Positions 12,912 to 24,928 of a stretch of DNA of 64,000 nt are shown here, one piece after another (the stretch's first letter is position 1; every line of letters starts with the position of its first letter). A model generated the notes under the pieces. That model searched no databases. It was not told where the DNA came from and saw only the letters and a list, made by a program, of their open reading frames with translations. The translations under genes were made by a program, and so were the position numbers. Location of the stretch: NCBI GenBank assembly GCA_022813865.1, contig JALDZX010000061.1, forward strand, positions 1-64,000, read 5' to 3'. This DNA comes from Xylographa opegraphella. Its lineage: Eukaryota.

Positions 12912-14892
12912 TCATCTCCCATATCCTATCATCCTCCCCACCACTCCTCTCACACCGTCCCATATCGTCTCCCTCCTCCTCAACCCTACTCCCACAGCGC
13001 CTACCCCGGCCACCATACCCACCCCCAGAACCACCCCTCTCAGCAGCGTGCCCTGCCACTCGCTCCTCTCCTTCACGGCGCTGTAGCGCTGATTCCCAAA
13101 GCTCACCCGGCTATACTGCGTGCTCCAGCCCAGGCGCGGGAAGTACTTGTACAGGAACTCCTCGACGTGCTTGCGGAACAGGTACAGCGGCGAGGTGACG
13201 CTCGAGCGCATCTCAAGATAGTTGTGCAGCGCGAGGTCGTTGATGGTGTGCGCGTCCGGGGTGCGGTAGGCGGTGTAGGCCGCTAGCGCGGTGGCGAGGT
13301 TGGAGGACGGGCCGATCTTGGAGACGGGTTGCGCAGGCGTAGAGGAGAGGGAGGGCGAGGGCATGGGAGGCGGGGTCCCCGTGGCGGAGTCCGTGTCGGT
13401 GGAGAACGAGGGCTGCGGCGATGGAGGTGGGGGAGCTGCAGGCGCTCGGTAGACGCCGTGCGTGTCTAGGAAGTCGAATAGCACGCGCACGTCCTCCAGG
13501 CCGGCGTTCATGCCTTGCCCGTAGAAGGGCACCATCGCGTGCGCGGCGTCGCCGACGATGACTGCGCTGCTGCCGTAGTGGTACGGCGTGCACTTGATGC
13601 TGATGAGCGGTAGGTGCGGGTTGTCGGAGAACTGGGCGACCAGGTCCGAGGTCGTGATGAGGTCGGGGCACAGGCCTGGGAAGTTCTCGTCGAAGAAGGG
13701 CGGGAGCGAGGTCTCGGGCGAGGCGGATAGAGAGGCGAAGGTGGCGGAGGGTGCGAATAGCGTGCATGTGAAGGAGCGGTCGAGCGACGGGATTGCGATG
13801 AACATGAAGGACGTGCCAGGCCAGATGTGTAAATGGTTGGGGGAGATGGCGAATGAATTGTCGGCGGGGCGTGGTGGGATGTGGAACTCGCACCAGAGCG
13901 TGTCGATGTACTCTTGCTGGTAGTTGACGCGGGCGAATTTCATGAGGTGGTAGCGCGCGGCGGAGTGGGCGCCGTCCGCACCGATGAGGAGGTCGAAGTG
14001 GACTTCCTTCTCGGGGTTACGCTGGTGCTCGGCTGGAGAGGCGGAGGGCTGTGTGGGGTTTTGGGCGTGGTCGGTCTTGGAAGCGTGTGCGCGGTGCTCG
14101 AACCAGGCGGTGTTATGGTTGAAGTCCGCGCCGGTGAGCTTGTGGTTGAAGAAGAAGGTGACGCTGGGCATCGCTTCGAGGGAGTCAAGGAGGCGTTTAT
14201 TGAGCCCCGCACGGTCGACAGCATGGATCGACTGTAATAAGGGGTTAGGAAGAGAATTCGGAGTGAAGGAGTAAACGTACTCGGCCATGGACGTCGTAGT
14301 ATTGGGAGTCTTGGTAGAGCTCGCCAAGCTTGCTGCGGCCGTGGATCATACGGGCGTGCATGGGGATTGTCTCTTTGAGTATATCGTCGACGAGGGAGGG
14401 GACTCCAGCATGTCTCATAGAGTTGATGCCACGCTCTGAGAGGGCGAGGTTGATGGACTTGGTGAAATTCAGGGGGGTCGTGGAGGGATCTCGCAGATCT
14501 AGTGTTCGTCTCTGGATTCAGCACACTCTTCTTGAACGAAAAGATTTTCAAAGTAATTTGGAAAAATCTCGGCCAGGAGAGCCATGTCCCAGTTCTTTAT
14601 AGAGCTTCGGCCTGGTAGATATCAAGGAAGATTCGAAACGATATAACGCTAACGTAGTACATGACCCATCAAAGAAACAAGAATATATGAACGGGTACCC
14701 ATTCGACCTCGGAATTTCCATAAACAGAGAATCTAAGCAATCGACAAGGGAAAAGAAATGCTGTAGCATACCTCCCCTGAGCTCATATACCTCGACATCG
14801 TCGCCTCGAACAGCCGCATAGAGGGCTGCAAGAGCTCCAACCGGGCCTGCACCGATTACAACAACTTTCCGCGGGTTAGTATTCTCAGTCAT
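12912..14892 (-). CDS. BNA4: Kynurenine 3-monooxygenase (FAD-dependent), 3 exons
   Basis: [37 protein letters not shown] and [22 protein letters not shown], plus a C-terminal TM anchor. Introns at 14499-14771 and ~14231-14280. Confidence 0.95.
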
Positions 14893-15328
14893 TATTCTGA
14901 AAGAGTTGGGAGAGTATACCGAGTGGGAGGAGTGATCTATGCTGCTTTGCTTTATTAATCGCCTTCGATAGTTTCGCTTAATGATGACATTGACATGAGA
15001 GAAGGCTGAGCTAGGAACCTTCCGGATAATGGCTTGGCCGTCTCCGATGTAGGACATACCTCGGCCGTGGGGTTTTTGTGCGGTCTGAAGCTCGTTGATT
15101 TTTCATGCACAGCTGCTCAAGCTTATCAATCTAAAGCAATATATTAAAATATCCTGCACTGCAATCTAGAAAGCAATATATTGTCATATCCGGCACTGAA
15201 ATCTAAAAAGAAATATATTGACATCTCCTGCACTGCGCATACGGCAATACCCATAGAGCCCACCCAAAGAAGTGATATATTGCCTATACTTGCGAACGTT
15301 CTTTCAGGTCCGCATCCTCACTATCATC

Positions 15329-16647
15329 ATGGACCAAGCACCGGCCACCGTCAAAAGACAGTGTGTCGGAGTGGATTGTGAGAACGAAGTCGGAACTCTC
15401 CAATGTCCCAAATGCTTGGAATTGGAAAAAGAAAGCTTCTTCTGCTCTCAAGACTGTTTCAAAAGGAGTTGGGTAGGCTTCCTTGTGCCTTCGTATGGTA
15501 CACGGTATCTGAGGGGATATATAGCAAGATACTGAGCAGACAATAGGCTACTCACAAAGTGATGCATAAAACTAATGGTATGTTTTCCTATATGTGATAC
15601 CGGAAAGACTGAGTCTGAACTACTACAGCGAACGGGCACTACAATCCATTTCCAAATTTTTCATTTACCGGACCGCTACGGCCAGTATATCCTCTCTCGC
15701 CGAAGCGGATAGTACCCGCACATATACCTCGCCCGGATTACTCTGAAGATGGAAATCCGAAATCTGAGCGGAAATTCATTGGTCGTAACAACATCAAGGC
15801 TTTAGATAAGAAAGAGCAGGAGGGTATGCGAAAGGCTTGCCGGATAGGGAGAGAAGTCCTTGATATTGTGGCACGAGAAGTTCGACCGGGTGTCACAACA
15901 GACTATCTGGACGAAGTTACTCACAACGCAACCATAGCAAGAAACGTCAGTGGAATCTCCAAGAATAAGAAATTGCCTCTAATTAAATTGCAGGCATACC
16001 CATCGCCGCTAAACTACGTCCACTTCCCAAAGTCTGTCTGCACCTCTGTCAACGAAGTTATCTGCCACGGCATACCAGATCAACGCGTATTGGTCGACGG
16101 AGATATATTAAACATCGACGTTACCGTGTATCATGGCGGCTTCCATGGTGATCTGAACGAAACTTACTATGTAGGCGCAAAAGCATCGGCAGATCCAGAT
16201 ATTGTCCGCCTGGTAGAAACGACCCGAGAATGCTTAGACCAGGCGATACTGCTTGTAAAGCCGGGTATGCTATTCAGAGACATTGGTGGGGTGATTGAAA
16301 AACATGCCAAATCACGAGGATGCGGTGTGGTAAAAACATACTGTGGGCATGGCATCAATCAGCTGTTTCACACCGTGCCAAACGTTCCACATTATGCCAA
16401 GAATAAGGCCGTAGGTATCGCGAAGCCTGGCATGTGCTTCACGATCGAGCCTATGATCACTCTTGGAACTTATAAGGACAAGACATGGCCGGATGATTGG
16501 ACAAGCGTTACTCAAGACGGCTCGAAAACCGCGCAGTTTGAGCATACGTTGATGGTGACAGAGACAAGGGTGGAGGTCTTGACGGCACGATTACCAGATT
16601 CTCCTGGAGGCCCTATACCTATACCAGAAACGAGAGTTGAGGGATAG
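15329..16647 (+). CDS. MAP1: Methionine aminopeptidase 1 with N-terminal zinc finger
   Basis: LQCPKC...FFCSQDCFKRSW zinc finger; YPSPLNY, SVCTSVNEVICHGIPD, GFHGDLNET, FTIEPMI and AQFEHT. Confidence 0.96.
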
Positions 16648-17099
16648 ACGGATGTGCGTGTTGAAAAGTGTTCGACGACTCAATGTTTGGAATAATCATG
16701 TGCAGCATTCAATCGTGCTCCGATTCAATGAAAAGTGTCGTCTGTCCCGCCCATGCGCATGTACCCGTAAACACTCCTTATCAACGAGGAAACACAAAAA
16801 GTCGTATGTGGAACACGACAAGGCATAACAGTGGGCGAATAGCGGCTTGGTTATAGAGGTATCCGGACCGCACGTAATGCTGTCTCTCTGGCAACGAGAT
16901 CAACAAAGGATGCAAAATACATACACCTCTCCGGAGTCCTCGAGAGCTATCTAGCTACAGCAGCCGATCATACCAAATCCTTGAGAAACCAATTCGTATC
17001 CTCCAAAATTAAGAGTATAGACTCTAAAGTCGCAATATACCACATAAATCAGACTATTACACCAAACCTTCTCCCAGTCCAACCTCATCCATCACCATC

Positions 17100-17447
17100 A
17101 TGTCCCTGTCCAACGACATGGGCTTCGTCATGCGCTCCCACCTCCTCGCCGCCTCCATCATCGCCCGCCACGCTACGCCAGAGAACCAAATCCTCGACGA
17201 TAGCGAACTAGGTATACTTCAAGAATACTGTGCCGACCCGTCAAAGAAGGACGAGATTTTGATGAAGCACGGTATGAGCAAGCCCGGATCTACAGCCGGC
17301 AACAGAGTACAAGATAGCGGAAGTCTAGCAGGGCACTGCATCGCGAGACATGGCACGAGTGACCCGGCGCTCAATGCAGAGGAGATTGAGATGCTGAGGA
17401 ATTGGTTTGAGAGAGATGGAGTGAGGGGTGGGGATGCGATGCTGTGA
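17100..17447 (+). CDS. Small hypothetical protein (115 aa) with an internal duplication
   Basis: Single-exon ORF in a good ATG context (ccatcATG). Two related segments: LLAASIIARHAT.. and SLAGHCIARHGT.. Confidence 0.7.
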   Translation: MSLSNDMGFVMRSHLLAASIIARHATPENQILDDSELGILQEYCADPSKKDEILMKHGMSKPGSTAGNRVQDSGSLAGHCIARHGTSDPALNAEEIEMLRNWFERDGVRGGDAML

Positions 17448-18021
17448 GAGATGTTCAAAAGGAGCTCTGAGTATGTTGATAGGATGGAAACTCGCTGATG
17501 ATCGTAACGACGTGAGAATACAAAAGTATGGCACTCTGAGAAAGGGGTGAGAGCGATGGTAACTTGATTCTGCGTTACGACATGAGGCTTTGGGCAGGCG
17601 TTGCTATCGGGGATTGGAAGTGAGCACACGGAGGATCAGTAGCTATTCTATTTGAACATGTACACAATTGGAGAGGCCTTGTCTGCACTGTCCTTCCTTT
17701 GCAGGATGATTTTGATATCCACTAGATACATTTGATCAGACGGTACTCTTTATGAGATGGTGTGATGATCAGTCTCGATGAGAAGTCCGTGAGCTAAACG
17801 CCGGAACGTGTGGAACGTGCCCGCTTTGGGAGCTGGACGGCGCCAAACCGAGCCAACTACGTCACCGAGATCTTGCTCTAGATTCCTGTAATGTGTATTG
17901 ACTACGCCTTCGACGTCGCGGTTCTATCAATAATTCGTCCAGATCGTTACTTTCGAGCTTGAGAAAGTATCACTACGAGGCATTTATAGGCTCCAGCGCT
18001 TGCTGACTGGAAGTTTGCAAT

Positions 18022-21000
18022 ATGGAGGACGTTGGAACCCAGACTCAGGCTGTCAAGGGTCATCATAAAACTGCGTCCCAGAGCCTTCAAGGCCAGGGTA
18101 AGCACAAAAGTCAACTCACAGTCTTGAAGTTTCTGCTGATTAGTCGAAGCTGCAACAGCTGCTCTTTATGCGACGAATAGCGACAAGAGACTCAAAGCAG
18201 CCAAGTCACCTCTCGATGCCGATGGCAAGCTGTCTTCTGCCAGTAAGCTCTATCATGCTCAATGCATGCTCGATGACTGCTGTCTCTAATCTATAAATCA
18301 GGCGCAGCCACGTCTTTGAAGTATGCTCAAACCCAGGATCTACCGTGGTTCCCCACTGTAGGCATTTCCGACCCCGATTCTTCGGCTGGCGCAGCTGCAA
18401 GTATGGCGAACACAAATCAAAAGTCGTTTGAGTACTGGAAGCCCGATTACTCCGAACCTGCGAATAAGTCGGCACATCTAGCTTGGGACTACAAAGCTGC
18501 ACCTCTATGGCAACCAGAAATGAGCGCTGCAGGGTCCAAAGCAGCAACGCTGGCAGCGAAGCATGGCGGAGATGTGAATATCTGGAGGCCTGAGGCCACT
18601 GCAGAGGGAAATTCTGCTGCTGGACAGGCTATGCGAATGAAGAATCTCAGTCCTGCAGTTGATTATGGTTATACCGCAGATGGTCATCGCAAAGCTCTGA
18701 TGGCAGCAACAGGCGCCATGTCTGGTAGAAATAGGTCTGGGTCTTCGCCAATCGTGACGGGCACATATCCAGACCGAGCGAATTCTGCTGCTAATGCACT
18801 GAACGCGGCGACTGTTGCGAATCGGCCTTCTACCAACAACAAGCCACGAGGCGGTCCCACAGACCTACCAGGCCTTTCTGAAGCCGATGCCACCCGTATC
18901 CACGACGCTGCAATTACCAATCTTGGTCGAGAAATGTACACATCACATCCACCTGTGGCGCCTGAGGTGGAAGAGAAGAATCGACAAGCTGGCATAAGAG
19001 CGGCTGCCATTTCTATGGCGAAGCAAATGTACGCTGTTCAACAAAAAGCTATCGAAAACGCAGCAGCAGTACCCAAGTCGGATGGCCACTATGCCGCAAA
19101 CAGCGCCCATGGACGTAAGTCATCGTTTTCTTCGAGTACAGATGAATCTGTACGAGAGTATCCTCAATACGCGAATCTTGAGGAAGCAGCTCGGAAATTG
19201 GCTGCAGAGCGATTGGCTAAGATTGGCGACCCAAATGCTGCGAATATCGCATATAGAGACTATTACGGAGCCAATGCCCCGGTGCAATCACGTCTGTCCA
19301 TACGGGGTCGTATGCGACGGAGGGCTTCCAGCGACGGACAACTTCAAGATTCTGACGTACTTCGTTCACAAGCAATTCGGTCTCAGATGTCAATTTTCAA
19401 TAATAATCTGGCGCAAGTTGACGCAAAGAAACGTCAGACAGACCGTGATTCGTTAATGGCAGCTGCACAGCGGAATGTTGCCCAAAGAATGCATGGAATT
19501 GACGAGAAGGTTTTTGCTGAAACCGGCAAAGTCTCTCCAGCAATGATGGTAGAGTGGGAGGCGAAGGCTAGAGCCAAAGCGGAAGCTGATAGCACCGCGA
19601 GGATGGTTAACCATGGGAAAGTTAGCATCGGTGGAGGAAAGTTCATGGACCAGTCTGAAGTTGATGCTATTGCTAAAGCTAAAGTACAACCTACTCTGGA
19701 TGAGATCACGGAAAACGCAGAAGCTCGTCGGGCACGGGATGAGGAAATACGCCTGGCAGCGGAGGAGCGAAAGAGACTTGCCGAAGAGAAGGCTCGTAGT
19801 GAAAGAGAGCGGGAGGCAAACACCAAGGATGAATGGCGACGTTTCAAAGGTTTGGATATAAGATTCTCATTGGTAAGACACGCTAATCGTTTCCTAGAGG
19901 AAGAAAAGCGTGACGAACGTGCTAGAAAGGAGCAAGAGAAGACGAGGAAGTTGGAGGAAAAGCGACTGAAAGATGAAGAGAAGCGTAAATCCAGGGGAGG
20001 TCCAGTCGGAGCGGCCATAGTCTCCGCAGAAAAGATCAAACCGACACCAGACAACGGGTCCGCTCCTGTGCTGGATCCGATTCCTACGGTCGCGCCCATC
20101 AACACAGAGGAGATCTCTGCTTCAGCTGCTACTGAGTCCATTCCAACGACAGAAGAAGCAATTGTACCAGAGACTAAGGATGATGATGTTGTTCCGGCAA
20201 ATACACAGGAGGTCGTCCCCGAAGCCAAAGGGAAATCAAAATCAGAAGTAGCAGAAGAGCCCACTTCAATGGCCAAAGAAGAAACCGAGTCGATACCAAC
20301 AGCTTCTGATGAAATCAAGGAGACAACAACAACTACCGACGAAACTAAAGCGATTGCTTCAGAAGAGATCATACCCGAGAACGTTGACAGCGATGAAGCT
20401 GCCGCTATTGCTGCAAGAGTTTTCTCGGCACCTGTCGTTACCTCGTCTGAGGATATAGTGGTACCTCCTGTAATAGCTGATGACCCAGCCGTGACTCCTC
20501 GTGATACAGAGAGCAGCACTGCGGCACCAGTCACAAGTTTTACATCGCCATCTGCTCAGAAAGATCCTGTGGTTGCCTCTTCCGTCCCCACCGTCACATC
20601 TACTGTATCAGGTCCACAGACCATGCCTACGTCGCCAAAATCTGAGGGACCGAGGATCACTTCTTGGTTAAAGAGTAAGTTTTCTCGTACCGGGAAAGCC
20701 GCCAAGACGTCTGAAGAATCGACTCAAGCAACACCTCAGCCATCCGCTGGCAATGCGGTGTCCAGCTCGGAAGCGCCTCCGCACGCCGGGACCTCTGTTG
20801 GTGGAGCTACATTGGCCCCTCAAGAGTCGACGACTTCAGCTTCTCACCCAACCCGTTCGCGATCTACATCAATCTCTTCGCTTTCGAGTGACATGCCTAC
20901 CGCTACAAATGCGCACAGTGGCTCTGAAGCGGATGAACCGATGCGCGGCCGCGCCCGCAATGAACTGCGTAAGGAGGACACTGCCGATTCGAACGAAGCC

Positions 21001-21135
21001 TCTACTCCAGAAGAGTTCGAGGAAGCCAGGGATCAATTTGACAGCGACAAGCTGCCATTACCGTCCTTCCCGGCCGGTCAAGGCCGCCCTGCAGAGAGTC
21101 CCGTTAGGGATAGTCGATTCGTCGAGAACCTGTAG
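18022..21135 (+). CDS. Eisosome assembly protein (Eis1-like)
   Basis: AATAALYA and LSSASAATSLKYA in the 5' exons; LEEAARKLAAERLAK, LMAAAQRNV and GKVSIGGGKFMDQSEVDAIAKAKVQPTLDEI; C-terminal RDSRFVENL. An in-frame intron lies at 19850-19897. Confidence 0.82.
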
Positions 21136-22574
21136 ATGCTTATCAGCTAGCGTCACTTGAAAGTTTGTCACGACTGTAACTGCGGTCCATGTGTGGAAGC
21201 ACATGATCAGTCTCATTGCAGTATTCCAGAGCTTTGGACTTGACTTGGGCAATGCAATTTTTGAGTTTCACGATTGCGTTACTGGCTATTGCTTGAGCGT
21301 CGAATTAGTCTGCACCAAGTATAATCAGCGGAAGCTTTGTTGCGAGCGCAAGATATCCTTCTGTTGGTTCAGGATACTAGTCCATCTCATTGTGTTTATT
21401 CATCTCCAATGAATTTAGGTCTTACTCCCTGTTGGGCCTATCCCAGTGTAATTGGCAGCTGACTCCATGCGAAATAATACCACACTTCCAGTGCCAGGGC
21501 TATCGTGATATCCTCTTACTACCACAGCATCGTCATCCGCTCAGAAAGCACTCACATTCGTTCACTACGGGTACTCTACGTTGTACCGCCTCCCATTGTA
21601 GCTATCGCTATGCTATGTGCTTGGCCTTTCGATCCTCTGGATCATCCAATGATCATCTGTGTTTCCGTGCCCGCTCCAGTAACACTTGTGCGACGTGAAT
21701 TTCCCCTACGGCTCAACTCTCGAGAGTCTGTTGTGCTTTTCGTGCTCATATAACTGTTGACAATTCTACGCTATTGCCATTTGTGCCCCGCGGATCCCCC
21801 AATCGGAGAATTGGTTTGATAAACCCCATTCTCTCCTGCGACTTCATTTTTGTTTCTGGTTGGTTGTTTCAAGAGCTTTCTACTTGTGGCAGTTGAATGG
21901 ATACCATACAATCCTCTTGCTACAATAACAAAATCATGAATACCTACACCAGTAGTAGTACGTATTAATGTTACAGGGTGCAAGACACGGAGCTATCTCT
22001 CAAGGTGTTGTGAAAGTAAATTTCCATGAACCACAAGCACCATAACGGGAGGTCTGAGGAAGGTGAAATGGCTGCCGATGATATTTAATCCTGCAGTACG
22101 GGTCAAGGTTCGGCCTGGATGGAAAGAGCATGAAGTTACCCCATATATGCTTCTCCAGTAAATGTCCAAAGGATCCGGTATTTGAAATTTGTTTGTCGGG
22201 GGCGATAGCAATACCAGGTGATCCAGCGCGAGGGGACCTCTCGCTCAATATGCAGCGTTGTGGAAAGCCAAGACCCCCTGGAGCTAAACCTAAAGAGGGA
22301 ATATTGTACTGATCGGAGCGGAAATACTGCCCCACTAGCGCCGATGTTCGATTTGGACCCCCTCTCATCCTTAGAGCAGCTGCGCTGCAATGATGTCACG
22401 TGATGGGACTACACTTGTCTTGGCACCAACGCTAGTCTCGGCAAGTCCCGCCTAAAGGAACTGCCTTTATTGAACATAATTGCTGTCATATAATTTCACA
22501 GTAATTCTGCCTTTAATCGTTCCGGACCTCATGCCGATAACCCTACAACGAAGAGGCGCAATACATTCCTAGTC

Positions 22575-23900
22575 ATGCCATCTGCTCATCCCTCTGATGA
22601 ATCATCAACGGCTATAAACAGTTCTTCGAAACCCTTCTCGATCTCGCTCTCCTCAAAAGTCAAGCCAATCTCCTCCTCTGCCCCAGTTGCCAATCCTAGG
22701 AAGCGACCTCGCTCATCCCTTGCGGAAGAGTCCGATTCTGAAGGACATGAGCGTCTGGGACATGCGCCGCAGCTGGTCTCTGCGTTCGACCATAGCGCTG
22801 GGGGGGCGATTGGTGAAAGCAACCTGAAAGAACCAAAGGCACCACTCGTGATTCAAAGACAAAGCAATAGGAATTGGAGAGAGGAAGGCCGACGGAAAAG
22901 AGGGAGGAATCTTTTGCCGGCTGAGGAACGAGCTGCTAGGGAAGGGAGAATTATCGATGGGGACGATACGGGTAGTGGCGAACGAGAAACGTTTGGGCTT
23001 ACGATCGTAAAACGAAACGGTGACGCGGAAACTCAAACAATACAAATACTGGAAGGAGGTCAACTGGAAGGAAAGGCGAAGACAGCCGACGAAGAAGCGC
23101 TGGAAGCTCTACTGGAGGGAAAAAAGAAGTCGAACCTTGTACTCCCAGCTATCGGCAGCGGTGATTTAGGCAATGAAAGATTTGAGGGACGAACTAATGA
23201 AGAAGATTCCTTTAAGTCCGATATTGCCTCGCGGCCAGACTCTGCCAGCATGGACGACTACAATGCTGTGCCTATCGAAGAGTTTGGAGCCGCATTGCTA
23301 CGGGGCATGGGGTGGAAAGAAGGCGACGTTGTTGGGAAGAGGAAGAACCAGATTATCAAGGCCCGCATAGTTGAGAGGCGGCCTGCTCTGCTGGGTATCG
23401 GCGCTAAGGAGGTACCGGATGGTTTAGAAGAGCTTGGTGCTTGGGGAAAGGGTGCAAAGGGAAAGAAAATGTATACGAAAGGAGCTGCGCCCGTGCTGCT
23501 CAAGAATTCCGTCACCGGCGAGACGCTCACTGAGGAAGAGATGAAGAAGAAAACGGGGAAACAGCAGAAGGATGAGGAGGACTGGAGACAAAGGAGAGAT
23601 CGCAACTTGGCAATTGATGATGGCAAGAAAGCCGATAAGGGGTACCGTGACGAAGGGCGGTCCCATGGCAGTAGTCGACATAGCTCGTCGAGGAGAGACC
23701 GAAGTAGGTCAAGAGACAGGGACGAACGGCGGAGGGATAGGCAACGAGGTAGAGACGATTACAAAGAAGAATCTCGGTCCTCCAAGCATCGACACAGGGA
23801 TCGGGCGGATAACAAGGCACATTCCTCATCCAGGCACAGGCGGCAGGAGGTTGACGACTATCAAGACTCACGATCGAGGAAGCGAACAGAGGTGTACTAG
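22575..23900 (+). CDS. SPP2: Pre-mRNA splicing factor Spp2 (G-patch)
   Basis: DYNAVPIEEFGAALLRGMGWKEG...ERRPALLGIGAK G-patch motif; RS/RD-rich tail. Confidence 0.9.
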   Translation: MPSAHPSDESSTAINSSSKPFSISLSSKVKPISSSAPVANPRKRPRSSLAEESDSEGHERLGHAPQLVSAFDHSAGGAIGESNLKEPKAPLVIQRQSNRNWREEGRRKRGRNLLPAEERAAREGRIIDGDDTGSGERETFGLTIVKRNGDAETQTIQILEGGQLEGKAKTADEEALEALLEGKKKSNLVLPAIGSGDLGNERFEGRTNEEDSFKSDIASRPDSASMDDYNAVPIEEFGAALLRGMGWKEGDVVGKRKNQIIKARIVERRPALLGIGAKEVPDGLEELGAWGKGAKGKKMYTKGAAPVLLKNSVTGETLTEEEMKKKTGKQQKDEEDWRQRRDRNLAIDDGKKADKGYRDEGRSHGSSRHSSSRRDRSRSRDRDERRRDRQRGRDDYKEESRSSKHRHRDRADNKAHSSSRHRRQEVDDYQDSRSRKRTEVY

Positions 23901-24135
23901 CTTGCGGATCTTTAAGATATATCACGCCTATAGAAAGTATTTGCAAATACCAATACACAGAACACAAAATCTCACCGCACCTGCCTGTGCGTCTTTTTGA
24001 ACTACGATCCATGCATCTCACAGACCTGATACAGAATCCCGGGCAACTCGCTGCCACCACGAGTAGAAATCCATCACACAATCGCGCGGCTATGAGGGTC
24101 AAAGAATACGGGAGCAGTACTCCGGTGGTAGATTC

Positions 24136-24639
24136 AATGGCTCCACGACCAAGACTCTATACGCGCGCCACACCCAAATATTTTCATCGATCTGTTAATC
24201 TCATGCCCAGCGCCCTCCGCCCTCCGATACTCCCTATCTAGTACGTGCTCAGCACTCCTCACTTTATTTTCCCGTTGCACCCCTGCTTTTTCATTCCCCA
24301 TTGCCATTCTATCCACTCACCATCGATTTCTCGTCCGCCACCACCTTTCCCTCTAGCCCGCATCCTACCACTTCCCCCCCCCCCTCCCCCGCCGCGCTCT
24401 GAACAAAACCCCTCGTGCTTGTTACTCCAAGCCTCACTCCTCTTACGCTCTTAATCCCCTTCCGCCCGCGCGCGGGCGCCCTCAATCGGCGCTCCGAAGC
24501 GCAGCACCCTGTTCACGAGCCTCTTTCGATGCGTAGGTGCGGCAGCGTCTACTGCGCGCGACGCACGATGTATACCGGGCAGGCTGGCTGCGGTGTGGAC
24601 TGTGGCCTGGAGGCGGCTCTGGAGGTGGGAAGGAGTTGA
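24136..24639 (+). CDS. Possible small two-exon hypothetical protein with Cys-rich end
   Basis: A GTACGT donor at 24241 interrupts the TAG. An acceptor at 24431 joins in frame to ORF 24415-24639 (CGSVYC..CGVDC). No recognisable family. Confidence 0.25.
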
Positions 24640-24928
24640 GACGCTATGCATGCGGACTCGGTGGGCTTTTCCTGCGTTTGGATATTGGTTGAGAGGGTAT
24701 GTGAGGGTTTGCGGGATCGGGAAGGGGGTGGTGGACTTAGGGGGGAGGTAGTAAGGGGATGCGGCTGGGCGATGCTGAGTGCCTTGGTGGGCGCCACTGG
24801 TGGGGATGGATAAGTGGCGGGCCAGTCTGGTCTGGGGGTGTGAAAGAAAATATTCAGAAAGCGTGTCGAAAACAAGGTGAGTAGCAACGTCAATCTGGAA
24901 CGTAGCCTGCGAAAAGAAGTCCATTGCC

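Noticed and set aside
19434..20534. 366-aa antisense ORF and many other overlapping ORFs in GC-rich genes
   Set aside because: Shadow ORFs opposite well-supported genes, with low-complexity translations
21400..22400. Short ORFs between the Eis1-like gene and SPP2
   Set aside because: No consistent splice model or recognisable domain; at most a degenerate relic
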